NCBI GenBank assembly: GCA_903813345.2 | Contig: CAIIXF020000001.1 | Span: 13,702,001 to 13,766,000 of the forward strand | Direction: 5' to 3' | Length of the DNA: 64,000 nucleotides | Source of the DNA: Owenia fusiformis | Lineage: Eukaryota | Shown: positions 1 through 12,175 of the stretch, in pieces | Numbering within the stretch: position 1 is the stretch's first letter | How the letters are laid out: each line of letters begins with the position of its first letter | Translations under genes and position numbers: made by a program | Notes under the pieces: model-generated | The model's database searches: none | What the model was told of the DNA's origin: nothing | What the model saw: the letters and a program-made list of their open reading frames with translations, nothing else

Positions 1-3000
1 TTGCTGTGCTCAGATGTTGTACTGGAGGAATGTCAATGTCTTCTTCTAATGATGACAGAATTTCCAGAAATGTTTGACTTACTGATCTCATGTATTCATG
101 ATTAAACATCTGTTAGTCAAATCTCTGTTAATCTACTGATAATCCTTGTTTGGTTAAACATGTACAATTATGATATCAGTTTACAATTAAAATTGCAATC
201 CTTGTTCCTTTGGTCTGTTAAAAAATCCTATTGATCTTGTTCTTGACTAAAATGTGCTTTATTTGCCACACATGATGCTGTATCATATTTGTGCTATTCT
301 TATTGTACTATCATATTGCCCATCAGGATTTGTATATATTTGTAGTGTATTTGTATTCCTTACTGGAGTGTGGCAAAGAGGTAGCACACCAGTGTTGCTG
401 AATATTCTGTCCATAGATAACACAACTTCTGTTTAGATAACATACACTGCCAAGATAATAATAATCTATTCTGGTTGCTCCTGCAACAAGGCCTGGACAC
501 TGTGGTGTTCCAATAGTAGTGAGTGTTCACCAATAGCTCAAAATAGCCTGCTTATTAACACTCAAGCTTCTTAATAAGTCAGTAAATTATTGCAATCTTA
601 TGTAAGATTAGCAGTTTATTTATGCCAAATTGATTAATTATGAATGTTTTGTAAGTAATCTCTTGAGGAAATTGTATTTCACAGTAGTTCACAATGTTAT
701 CAGAAAGTTTCCGGATGTACAATGTAATATTGAGGTTAATTCATTTTGTCATCTCTGAATCTGAGAATTATTTTGTGGAACCTTGATGTATTGCAGACAT
801 ATCATGTTATATTGGACTAAACATATTGAATATGTCACTCTATTGATTAGAGTTTAATATATACAATACATCATTATTAAATTATTATATTAATTGGCCA
901 TGCAAGTGTGAACTGTGAATGGCTATTGATTTCTCTGAGGAACATCCAGATCCGATTTAATTTTCTCTGTGCCATAAAGTACTTCGGTGCAACAGTTTGC
1001 TGCATAATGTTGTTGTTAATAGACTCGTGAAGGGAGGGAGGGGTACTGTCTGATAGCAATATGGTTTACCTTTCAGATTACTCCATTGTATCATAATTTC
1101 TTTTCACTTGATGGTATAAATAAATTGTGTTGATTAAGATAGATTTGCAATTTATAATGAAATTATCAAGATATCATTAACAGTATTAACAGGGCTTTTA
1201 GCATTACTTTAATGAGCATACATAATGAAGATTGAATTTATGCTTGTATTCTTTATGGTACTATATGGTCCTTTATATAAACACCTATCACATGGAGCTA
1301 TTGGGAGAGGTACCACAAATTATGTTCAAACTGCCCAATCCAGTATATTATAAGCATGATAATTGCAATAATTTAAAGCCTTAGTCTTTTAGTATTATTT
1401 GTAGGCACACCTCAAGCATCCTTTTTATCATGGACTCATTGGTCATGAAAATTCAATGATATTTGTGACTCTCATCTTCACCTAATATCTGGTCAAGTCA
1501 TCATGCACACATGAATTTTGGATCAGTCTTCCACACAGTTGTAGCAAGGTTAGATATTTTTATCCTCATGCTGATGTGTTACATACTTTTTAATCAGGTG
1601 TTTAATCCCCAGGTAGATATCAGGAGTTAATCCCTGGATTTATTCGTCATGATATCCATCAATAATTGTCTGCACATGTTTTACTTTCCTGTAATATTTT
1701 ATTCCCATTGACTGTTTATCATATTATTTTATCCATTTTCAATCTCTCATTTCTCATCGATCTCTTATCAGTTGACAGTTGATTACATCCGATGTAACGC
1801 ATATCCCAGACATGATGTATGTCTCCTATCTTGAGGGTGAGCTATGTCATTTCATATGTAAGTGTTCCAATATCCTTGCCTCTATGCGACTCTATGAGAC
1901 TAAATGGTACTGTTATTCATTATCATCTTATATATTGATCTTGCTGAGCGTGAGTCACACTGATTCAATAATATACTGTGTCTCAGATACAACATCACTT
2001 CTCGAGGCAGCGACATCATTCTGTTTCTCATCTAGTACAAGAATTTTTGTTCACATAATTGTTGTTTCTCATATATATATACTTGTATATATATAAGAAT
2101 TGAATTTGTTCTGGTCTCACTATCATGCATGTGTTTTAGGTAGGTCTATTGCAATGGATAGACTGACTTATTAACTTGAACCATTTTCATTAAGGCTTGC
2201 AAGTTGATGTCCAAACACTCTGCCTACCTAAGTCATATCTTTCTGTTTTGAGATTTTAATAATTGAAACATCTTTGAATGTGGATGCCTTTTCAAAATAC
2301 ACATGTAATTTCATTTTTTCATTTTAAATTAAGTATATTATGGCAACGGTGTTTCTAAACATTAATTGATTGTGCTTTTTGAAGATTTAGTTACACAACC
2401 ATTTCTTTGTTTTGCATGTTTTACAATGGTTTCAAAAATGAAATTCTTTGCTTCTGTTCGATGTTCAACTTTATTAAGATTAAAATTAGGCTATTGGAAA
2501 AACATGCAAATATATAATTGAACTTTGCTGTTGACTGGATTATCATATAAGTTTATATATCACACAAAGAACAAGAACCATAACTACAATACATGTAATA
2601 GAATTTAACATATTCTTTATGAGATATCATTACGTTTCTTTCATTAGTAAGTGGCTAATGCTATAGATTGCATAGTCCTGTTCTGGTCTCAAAATTGTTA
2701 TTCTGTATCAAGAAGCAAGCAGTGTCATGTTTCATGTGTTCAAGCGAATACAGAAAAACCTGTCATAGTGAACCTCTCTCTAGTGAACAATTGTGTCAAG
2801 TGAACACCTCATCTCAGTACATACTCTACTGGCTTCTATATGAAATCACCTCTCTGAAGTGAGCACCTACCTACAGTGAAAATGTTTTGTGCCCCTATAT
2901 GTGTTCACTGTACATTTGTTTTACTGTATGTATAAATCCCTTCTTTTGGAGGCACAATGTGAGATTCTCGAAAATGGTATGGTATTGTGGAAAATATTCA

Positions 3001-3436
3001 ATGGCAAAACAATGGTTTTGGAGAATAAGGAGCAGACTATTAAGACCTTGTAGGATTCTTTTCAGATAAAAGAGTAAGACATGAACTAAAGGTGAAGAAA
3101 ATATCACTTGTCGTTAGCATGAGTTTTATCCTGAGTATTCAACCCATATTCAATCCCTCCCAGTAAATAAATTCTATATATCCATCAGCTAGGAAAATGA
3201 TGTTTAATGAAATAAAATTTTTAAATGTTATTATTACGCCAAACACCACCAAAAGAGATGACATATTGTTATGGTGTCCAACTTTTTTGTGGATGGTATT
3301 AGGCAGTCGATCGATAGTTGGCAGTTGGCATCCATAACAAATGGCAGATGATGACATTTGCATGTTAAAATCTGAATGGTCAAGTTGTAAGAATTTTACA
3401 TTAAATTATAAAAGCAGTAGCTGTGAACATACAGAT

Positions 3437-3609
3437 CAGGGGTTTCATAGCAGCAAACAACAAACGATTTTCACCAGTTGTTTTCACAAAATTGCCTGTT
3501 GTTTTTAGAGACTTTTTAACTTTTCCATGTTAAATTCATGATTTCCATTAATTTTGCCTGTTGTTTTCATTTATTTAGCCTTTTGTGAGAATTTCTAGTG
3601 AAACCCCTA
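3437..3609. mobile_element. MITE with CAGGGGTTTCA termini, 5-bp TSD
   Basis: CAGGGGTTTCA...TGAAACCCCTA flanked by CAGAT/CAGAT (or ACAGAT if the terminal base was lost). Confidence 0.65.
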
Positions 3610-4871
3610 CAGATGCTTCGATCTTATATGAAAACACGTCTCCATTTATACTACAGAGATTATAAATTACTTCCAAATATAGGCGGAAAATTACATTTCA
3701 AAAGCTGGGTTTCATTGATGAGGATAGCAAAGGGTGGATCAACCCTATTCTGAAAATTGAGATTGGATTCCCAAAGGATACTCGAAATAGAACAGTAAAA
3801 ATAAACTGGTAACCATAGCAACAGTTTCTTTTAATGATGCAAAGAAAATGAGATAGAAGAAAATAATTAGAGTGACGAAATATAACTTACCCAAATCCAT
3901 CAATGTATTCTAGAATCTATTCACTATCGACCCGTCTGGCTATTTTTATAAAAGGCTGTTATTTTATATGTTTAATCTAATGGTATTGTAATTAGAGATC
4001 AATATTATAAAAACAATTAGTAACCACCAGTGTATTAATTTATATACAAATGTTTGAGGATCTGCATTCAATGCACATGTATCATAAAGAGATAAGAGAT
4101 TCTGCATTGCCCCCTCTGTACATATTGGATGTTGATATGTATGTTGGTAGTGACCATGAGGCCAACTGGCCAAAGGGGTAATGTCAAAATGTTTTGTAGT
4201 GGATCTTGTATTAAGCGAGAAGAAATGCATATTCGTGAACTGTTTAACTAATTTTATGGATATTTGGATACATCATCTAGTTTACTTGAGTCTTCATGAC
4301 TTGATCTATTTACAACTATGTCTATCCTTAGACATTTTCACATTTTGATCACATTGTTAAAGACATCATTTTTTGACCTTCATTCAGTGCTCAGCAACAG
4401 AAGCTAATGTTATGTGCTAACTTTTGAAAGTAGGTATTTGACATATGTAACAAATTGTTACATATTTGGAACTATTTGCAATGACTTACCAGATGGTGAC
4501 ATTTTATCATGTACTTGTGAATGTCTTTAATACCAGGCTTTAACATTACATAGTGTTATTGTATTGTATTGATGTTATACATTTGTAACATTTGTAACAT
4601 ACATTTGTAACATACAGAAGGCCTAAGATGTTCTGTTTTTCTATTATTTGTGAACAAATACAGGACTATTAGACACCATACCTCTTGACCTGACCCCTGA
4701 TGATGATATACTTGCACATGTGATTGTTCTCTTATCTCTTTATTTGGCCTGATAATTCAGCTAGTTTTGGTTAATATTTGATAAAAAGTAGATGTAAATG
4801 GATTTCTGTTGAAGATTGAATTTAATGGGCTTACCACTTTATACAATCTTGTTTAGGGAATAATAATATAA

Positions 4872-5009
4872 GTTATTGAATGATTTGAAGTGCAACACAG
4901 GATATATTTTGCTCGAGAAATTCCGTATTTGAACGAGACGAAGTCGAGTGCCAATACAGAATATCGAGACAGAATATATCCTGTATTGCACTTCAAATCA
5001 TTTAATAAC
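4872..5009. repeat. Long hairpin (40-bp outer stem), probably the terminus of a non-autonomous transposon
   Basis: 4872-4911 pairs with 4970-5009 with 3 mismatches, plus an inner imperfect stem. Confidence 0.8.
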
Positions 5010-7189
5010 GTTTTTATCGTGTGATCCTCTGTATTGCTACTGAGAATGTCTCCTCCGTACCAATATTTTCTGTATTGCAACGGTGATGATCAATGCGGAC
5101 ACTCTCAGTAGCAATACAGATTGGTACAGCACAAGAACTGACCAATCAAAAGGCTTCATTTTACAGATCATACGATAATGAAATAAATGGTTGTTATGTC
5201 AATACCAAGAATGGTGATATTGTTGTAGTCTCCAACTTTTTCCTGGATGGTGTTCAATGTTTGGAGTTCAGTATCCGTAACACTGCCTTGTTTTAAAGAT
5301 GACGTAGTATATCACTAAAGCTTTCGCCATTCATATTGAATCTGTAATGATGTATCAAATGCAAGCGGTTTCTCACACCTTTGGGTCTCTAAATAGCTGA
5401 ATGACGTGCTGACACCTAACTTTAGAATGTCAAGTTATGATGTTATAGACACCTTGAGTAACAGGACATTAGTTCCCTCTATTCTGTTTTCAAATAGTTG
5501 GCTCACACAGAGAGAGTCTATGTTTTTACAGAGCATATTAATTGTATGATACTTCAACTACCATGATAATTTGCATATAACACTATTTTATATGCTATCC
5601 TAGAATCTGGTACATACTAATGTAGGGTGGAAAAATTAGTAAACTAACAAACTGATGTTATAACATTGTTAACATAACCAAAGAAGCAAACCAAGGCCCA
5701 TGTTTGGTAGGAAACACCAAAGAGACATCTATTATTATTATTTTCATTTACTTCCAATAAGATCTTTTGACATGTATAATTGAAATTCTTTCTATTTTAT
5801 AGATGGAGCAACTTTCCTGATGTTTCCTTATGCATTATTGTCACTTACTTTCAGTAAAATATTTCCACATATATTATTGGAATTCTTTCTATTTAGGTAG
5901 TAAGCTAGCTCCCAAAAATGTATTAGTTCGTGAACAAATTGAAATTACTTGTATCTTATGTATTTTTATGTGATACTTCAGAAAATTTTTGTCTGACACG
6001 CCATATCCGGGGCGAAAATTGTCAAAATGGGGTTTTCGACCCTAAAATGGAAAATTACAGGGGGTACTTTATCATCATTGAATAAATCGCTCTGTTAGTC
6101 TTCAATCATCATAATAATTTTATGGGGAGTTGATTGGATCATGCTGAAGTAGTATGTAAAATTTCAATGCTCTGTCACTCATGGTTGTCATGGAAACCAC
6201 AATTTTCATTCAAAATATCCTTAATTTTGCAAAACCTGAACATGAACATCATGTAGAATGTGGATTATTTTTTGAATCAATACATATCAGCACATTTTAG
6301 CATACTCAAAATAACCAGTACAGTTCAAACATTTGTTTAAATATAAAGGATATTGCAATTTACATGATTGGTCAGTGTCAAAGAACATACAATTACATGA
6401 GTGATCAATAGTGGGCGTCGCCCCCATAATAATAGATGATTGCTATACTCTATAAAAACAGAGTTTAACTTGACTTTTGAGATATATTTACACTAGACTT
6501 ATTTGATTTGATTTTATATTAAGCATTTCTGGTAAATAATGTAAGTCTAAATGTCATAGTTATTGCAAGGGGAAGGGGGGGGGGGTACAGAGGGGGGGGG
6601 GGGGTAGTAAAGGAATTGGGAGGAGGCAGAGCTAATCAGCCTTAAATATAAATCTCATCTACATATATCTGGATTTCATGGGGTACATCTTCTGGATCTT
6701 CTTCATATTCATCTCAATATATGGGATATTACAACTTACATGATTGGTCAGTGTCAAAGAACATACTATTACACAAGTAATCAAAAGTGGGCGTCGCCCC
6801 CATACTAGAGTAGATGATTGCTATTCTCTATAAAAACAGAGTTAAACTTGACTTGAAATACATTTACATTGGACTTCTTTGATTATACTTTATATTTTCT
6901 GGTAAATAATGTACAACTCAGTGCAATGGTTATTGGATGAGGAGGGGTGGGGTTAACAGTATTGGGAGGGGGCAGAGTTAATCAGCCTTAAGTATAAATT
7001 CTTTCTTTTGGACTTCTTCATAGAGTATTTTCTGGGTCTTCTTAGTTATCTCAATATACTGTATATAATTATTGTATGGGAGCGGGGTAGTAACAGAATT
7101 TGGAGGTGTGGGGGAACAAGTCAGCATTAAGTATCAATTTCATCTTCAGAGTTCTGGATTTCATAAGATACATCTTCTGGAGTCTTTCT

Positions 7190-7850
7190 GATTCATCATC
7201 TGGTGCTATATCAACAATCATTTGTATGAGAATACCAGTCAATACCCAATGCAATGGTGGAGTCATTCAGTTTCCATCCATGTCCATCTTCTGCTGGAAT
7301 GTCAGGGTTTACAATATGGGCCATATGCATGATAAGTGCTTTGTAGTAAGCTCTTGACAAGATGGAAGAAGACTGAAGTCGGTTCCTTCATAGTCTTTGA
7401 TTGTTTTAGTATGGGGTCTAAACTTCAATTTCAATTGGTTTATCTGGTATTGCTGGTGTAAGACATTGTGGCTTAACATAAATGTTTTTTTTTTATATTA
7501 ATCAGTCTTCTTTTGTTTATCCAGCACTACACTTTGCTGTATTCGTTTTGTTTCTGGAGCTGGCAGAAAATACATGTTTTTCAAGATACTTCTAACAGCA
7601 GAGTGATTATGTGACAATTAAATCCAAAATTCTATAAACGAACCTGATAGGAGAAGAAGAGGGTGGTGGCACCTCACCTTATCAAATATAAAATACACGA
7701 GTCCCTTAAGATTGGAATGAGTTCATGAATAAGGATGCAATCAAGAAGAAACTATACCAGTTCAGTTAATTGAATGATAAGACCAGAATGTGTCAAGAAA
7801 AAATCTACTGTGTAGCAGGTGGGAAATGCCATATCCTTTCAAGTGATCTT
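7190..7850. pseudogene. Degenerate transposase-like coding remnants inside the Academ-like element
   Basis: Minus strand ~7410-7250 reads DFSLLPSCQELTTKH, then after a frameshift AHIVNPDIPAEDGHGWKLND. Plus strand 7625-7848 reads QNSINEPDRRRRG, then TRVP*DWNEFMNKDAIKKKLYQF...KIYCVAGGKCHIL. Both resemble motifs I recall from invertebrate Academ-type proteins. Stops and frameshifts are present. Confidence 0.55.
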
Positions 7851-8777
7851 CATGATAAACCATGACATTTTATTTCTTCCCGGCCCTTTAGGTGAAACAG
7901 AAAGATGCTATGAGTATCAGAGTGTCTAGTGATGGCAATACAATAACAACTATAGATGAGCCTTCTCATAGTCTGATCATTTTCATTCTTTTGATTTATC
8001 GCATGATATTGATATATCAACAATCTCTTAAGAGAAAATACCACTAAACACTTGCAGATTTGAGAGTCATTCAGCTGGGACTAAATATGGTGCTCCATCT
8101 TTTGATCCATTGATATATCAACAATCTCTTAAGAGAAAATACCACTAAACACTTGCAGATTTGAGAGTCATTCAGCTGGGACTCAATATGGTGCTCCATC
8201 TTTTTAAAATGTGCTATCCTGCCCCTTCAAAGCATGGCACTTACTCTATCTAGGGAAGGTATGAAGGCTGCATATATTATGCCAGGCCCTAGATGGGAGT
8301 AGTAACAGAATAATTAGGAGGGAGTAGAGCTCCCTCCCAGGTAACCACTTCCCAACCCTCACCCCACGTAAAATCTATACTACTAAACATATTTATGAGA
8401 AATGGTTTATATAAATTATATTAGAACATGACTGTATTCACGCCTTCTATAAACTGTGAACAAAGTCAACATTTTACCCCTGGTATATTCGTCAACACTT
8501 CCCTTGGTAATACGAGTAATGTGTGACATCAAGAGGGCTGTAGTAATGGCAGACCATAAGTTGAATATTCAAAAAATTTTGGGGAGTTTTTATGTTTGAA
8601 TTGTAATATATACCTCAGAGCAGGCTTGATATTGACAATGACCCCTTAGGGCTAGGTACAAAAGCTTTCGAACCCCTCACTCCCTTGCCTAGCCATGTGG
8701 AGTGTATTTGTCAATATAACACCTGCTCTTCAGTCTATATTTCTTAAATAATAGAAGTATAGATGACGTATAGATGA

Positions 8778-8983
8778 CAGTGATCTTCCAAGCATTAAAG
8801 CAAGTGGGTGCAGCACCCACCTGAGATTTTGAAAATAGGTTTGCACCCACCTGAAAATCCATATGCACCCACTTGAAAGTGAGAAAAATCATGAAAAATT
8901 GGCATATTTTGACCAATTTTGGTCTGAATTGTGAAAATGAAAATTTTGTACCCACCCGAGAAGAAATCCTGGGGAGATCACTG
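8778..8983. mobile_element. MITE with CAGTGATCT termini and 5-bp TSD (hAT5-like), nested in the Academ-like element
   Basis: CAGTGATCT...AGATCACTG flanked on both sides by GATGA; internal GCACCCAC repeats. Confidence 0.75.
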
Positions 8984-11052
8984 GATGATCTCAAGACTCA
9001 AGTTGACCTCTGTTTGTAGAGAATGAACCATATACTGTTGTTGGGATGATTCCTACTTTTGATCACTTATGTAATTGTTTGGTCTTGGACACTTACCTAT
9101 CATGTTTATTGTAATATCCTATATATTGAGATGAATATGAAGAAGACCTAGAAGATGTACATGTCCCTTAATAAATCCAGAACGAAGTAGTTATGAGATT
9201 TATACTTGAAGCTGATTAGCTCTGCCCCCTTCCAGTTTCAATTACTAGTCCCCCCCTCTCTCAAGTTGCCTCTCATACAATAACTATAAAACTCAGGTGT
9301 CACTGGTCAGTATCGAGCGATGGTATATGCCACATAAGCCTGGTTTAATTCAAATATCAAAGTATTACATTAACTATAAAGTAGTTTACCTGTTATTTAC
9401 CTGAAATGGTTGATATTAAGTATAATCAAAGAAGTATAAATGATAAATATATATATATATCGAAAATTCTTCTTAAACCCTGTATTGATAGAGAATGGTA
9501 ATCATCTGCTATTATGAAGGTGATGATGCCTACTTTTGATCACTTATGTAATGGTATGGTCTTTGACACCAATCATGTAAAATGTAGTACCTATATAGGC
9601 CCTATTGAAATGAAAATGAAGAAGACCCAGAAGATTTAACCTTTGAAAATCCAGAACTATATAAATGAGAATTATACTAAGGCTGATTAGCTCTGCCCCC
9701 TCCAAATTCTGTTACTACCACCCCCCCCCCCCCCACTCCCCTTGCAACAACTTTTACACTTATATGTACATTATTTACCAGAAATGCATGATATTAGGTA
9801 TATTCAAAGAACTTCAATATAAATGTTTCTCAAAAGTCAAGTTAAACTCTGTCTTTTCAGAGAATGGTCATCATTTACTATTATGGGGGCGACGCCCACT
9901 TTTGATCACTTAAGTAGTAGTATGGTCTTTGAGACTTACCAATTGTATAAATTGCAATATCCTTTATGCTTAAACAAATTCTTGAACTTCCCTGGCGATT
10001 TTGGGTGTGCTACAATATTCTTATATCTGTTGATTTGAAAAATAATCCACATCCTATATTATGTACCTGTACAGATTTTGGCAACCATGAGTGACAGGTG
10101 ATTGAAACTTAACATACTACCTCAGCATGATCCAATCAACTCCCCATAAAATTATTATGATGATTGAAGACCAACTGAATGATTTATTCAATGATGATAA
10201 AGTACCCCCTGTAATTTTCCATTTTAGGGTCGAAAATGCCAATTTGACAACTTTCGCCCCGGATACGGCGCGTCAGACAAACATTTTCTGAAGTATCACA
10301 TAAAAATACATAAGAAACAAGTAATTTCAATTTGTTCACGAACTAATACATTTTTGGGTGCTAGCTTACTACCTAATTCTATAGATGGAGCAAGTTTCCT
10401 CACATTTTCTAATGTATTTATATATTTATTTTCACTTACTTTCAATAAAGTATTTTGACATAATTGAAATTATTACTATTTTATAGATGGCGCAAGTTTC
10501 CTGATGTTTTCTTGGGCAGTCAAGCTGACTGGAGTGGACGCAGTCTTTTTTATTTGTTCTGCAGACTGAAAAGAATGGTAAGTATAGGGTTCCCAAAGTC
10601 AGGAAAAACCGGAGAAACCCAAAATGCTTTTCTCTGTTTTTAAATGTCTCAGAATTTCAGAATTGTTTATAAAGCAATGCCATTTTCTCTGAATTCTTAG
10701 ATTCCTGGATGTTTTAGCATCTAATACCCCAAAACACAGAGCCTTGTACTGAGTAGATGAAACTCTCTTTTAAGGAGGGTAAAATAGAATTATTGAAAAT
10801 GGTAGTCATTTTAATGTTCCTTACATCAAGATTTCATATGCTTTAGCTAGCTGTAATCATATTTCCCAATCTCCAAAGAATTTTTGTCAATGGGTTATAC
10901 ATATGGTACTAAAATCATACTATAGCTGCAATCTGGTGGAGAACAGTAAAATGTCCTAAAATATCAATGTGGGGAGATAATCTTTCTTGAGATGATCTTT
11001 TATGATAACTTTTTATCACATTTTGAAAAAGTGCTGTACTGTTGTTATCATG

Positions 11053-11293
11053 TGCCCCCCCCCCCCCCTACCCCTTGGGTGGGCCCAGAAAAAAGAATTG
11101 GCCCCAAAAAGTGGGCCTTTTTGATCATTACTGGGCCTTTTAAGGCTTTATTTTTTAATTTCAGGCCTACTGAAGAAAATGGGCCTCAAAATCTCAAAAT
11201 TTGGGCCCACTTTTGGGTTTAGGGGCCCAAATTTTTTTCTCTGACCTGAAATTTGCCCCCCCCCCCCCTTATGGCTTTCCAGATCCGCCCCTG
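11053..11293. mobile_element. hAT-like MITE fragment (one terminus)
   Basis: Ends in AGATCCGCCCCTG; repeated GGGCC motifs and poly-C runs; the other TIR was not found. Confidence 0.45.
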
Positions 11294-11807
11294 GTTATAG
11301 AGGCTGGCGGTCGCCAAATAAATATCGTCATAATTAAATTCAAAGAAAATTGCATGCATGAGTGGACTTTGTGTCACTAATGCCCAGATCTGATTATGTT
11401 TTAGGCATGCTGGGTAAAGTGCATGGCAGCCATTTGATTCTTCGAAGAGCAACATTTACCACCTTGTCTCCTTTATGTTTGCATTGGCTAGAAAATGTTC
11501 CATTGTAGTAGATTCAAGAGGTGCTTATTCAGTAGGAATTCCCATAATGAGAATCACTTCAAACGATCATGTGACTAAATATGTAGATCATAAAAAATCA
11601 CACATTTAACATTCAACTTTGCAAGCATAAACTTTTAACCCTTGAGATTTGGTATGAATTAACCTTGTAACAGATTTGTCAAGGGCTTATATACAAGGGG
11701 CGAGTCAGATATTCTGATAAAAATGCTATAGATACATATCTTATTTTCTCTACTGTCATAATAGTAAACCTCAATCAGTGATCTACTGAATGGTATCTTA
11801 TAATCAA

Positions 11808-12175
11808 AGGTCCCAGAATTATGCAGGCTAAAAATTGAAATTATGCTGGAAAAAAACAAAATAATGAGTGAGGAAAATGCAAATTATGCAACCACATTAT
11901 AGCAAAAATCAAAACTCAGGTAAACAAAAATGTTTTTGAAATTGTACCCCCATATGTACCGCCATTTCCGGTGATCTGAAACTTTTTTGTTAAGTTTCAA
12001 CATTATTTACCTGATAATTATTAATTTGACGAAGCATTGAAGAATCAGCTGAGATATTCTTTGAGAAAAGTGTAGATTATGCAAAGATTATAATGAAAGA
12101 ATTATGCGGCATTTCCCAGAAATTCAAATGATGCAAGATTAAAATGTGCCACAAAAACAAGTAATTCTGGGACCT
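11808..12175. mobile_element. Degenerate MITE with 14-bp TIR
   Basis: AGGTCCCAGAATTA...TAATTCTGGGACCT; internal AATTATGC repeats; no clear TSD. Confidence 0.55.

Larger units (their letters stand above)
5894..10375. mobile_element. Academ-like DNA transposon relic (4482 bp) with very long terminal inverted repeats
   Basis: Ends TAGGTAGTAAGCTAGC...GCTAGCTTACTACCTA with a 3-bp TSD ATT (5891-5893, 10376-10378). The outer ~300 bp of the inverted arms are near-identical and similarity stays recognisable for >1 kb. Removing the element restores a unit of the host ~100-bp repeat (ttctATTctatagatggagcaa). Degenerate transposase-like peptides lie inside. Confidence 0.8.

Noticed and set aside
254-4230. 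Assorted 60-105 aa ORFs in the first 4 kb (and similar ones elsewhere)
   Set aside because: Many start at non-ATG codons, have AT-biased composition, and lack domains or consistent splice partners.
6565-6605. Poly-G runs (possible G-quadruplex), with poly-C mirrors at ~9720
   Set aside because: Part of the transposon arm repeats; homopolymer lengths may be unreliable and no function can be inferred.
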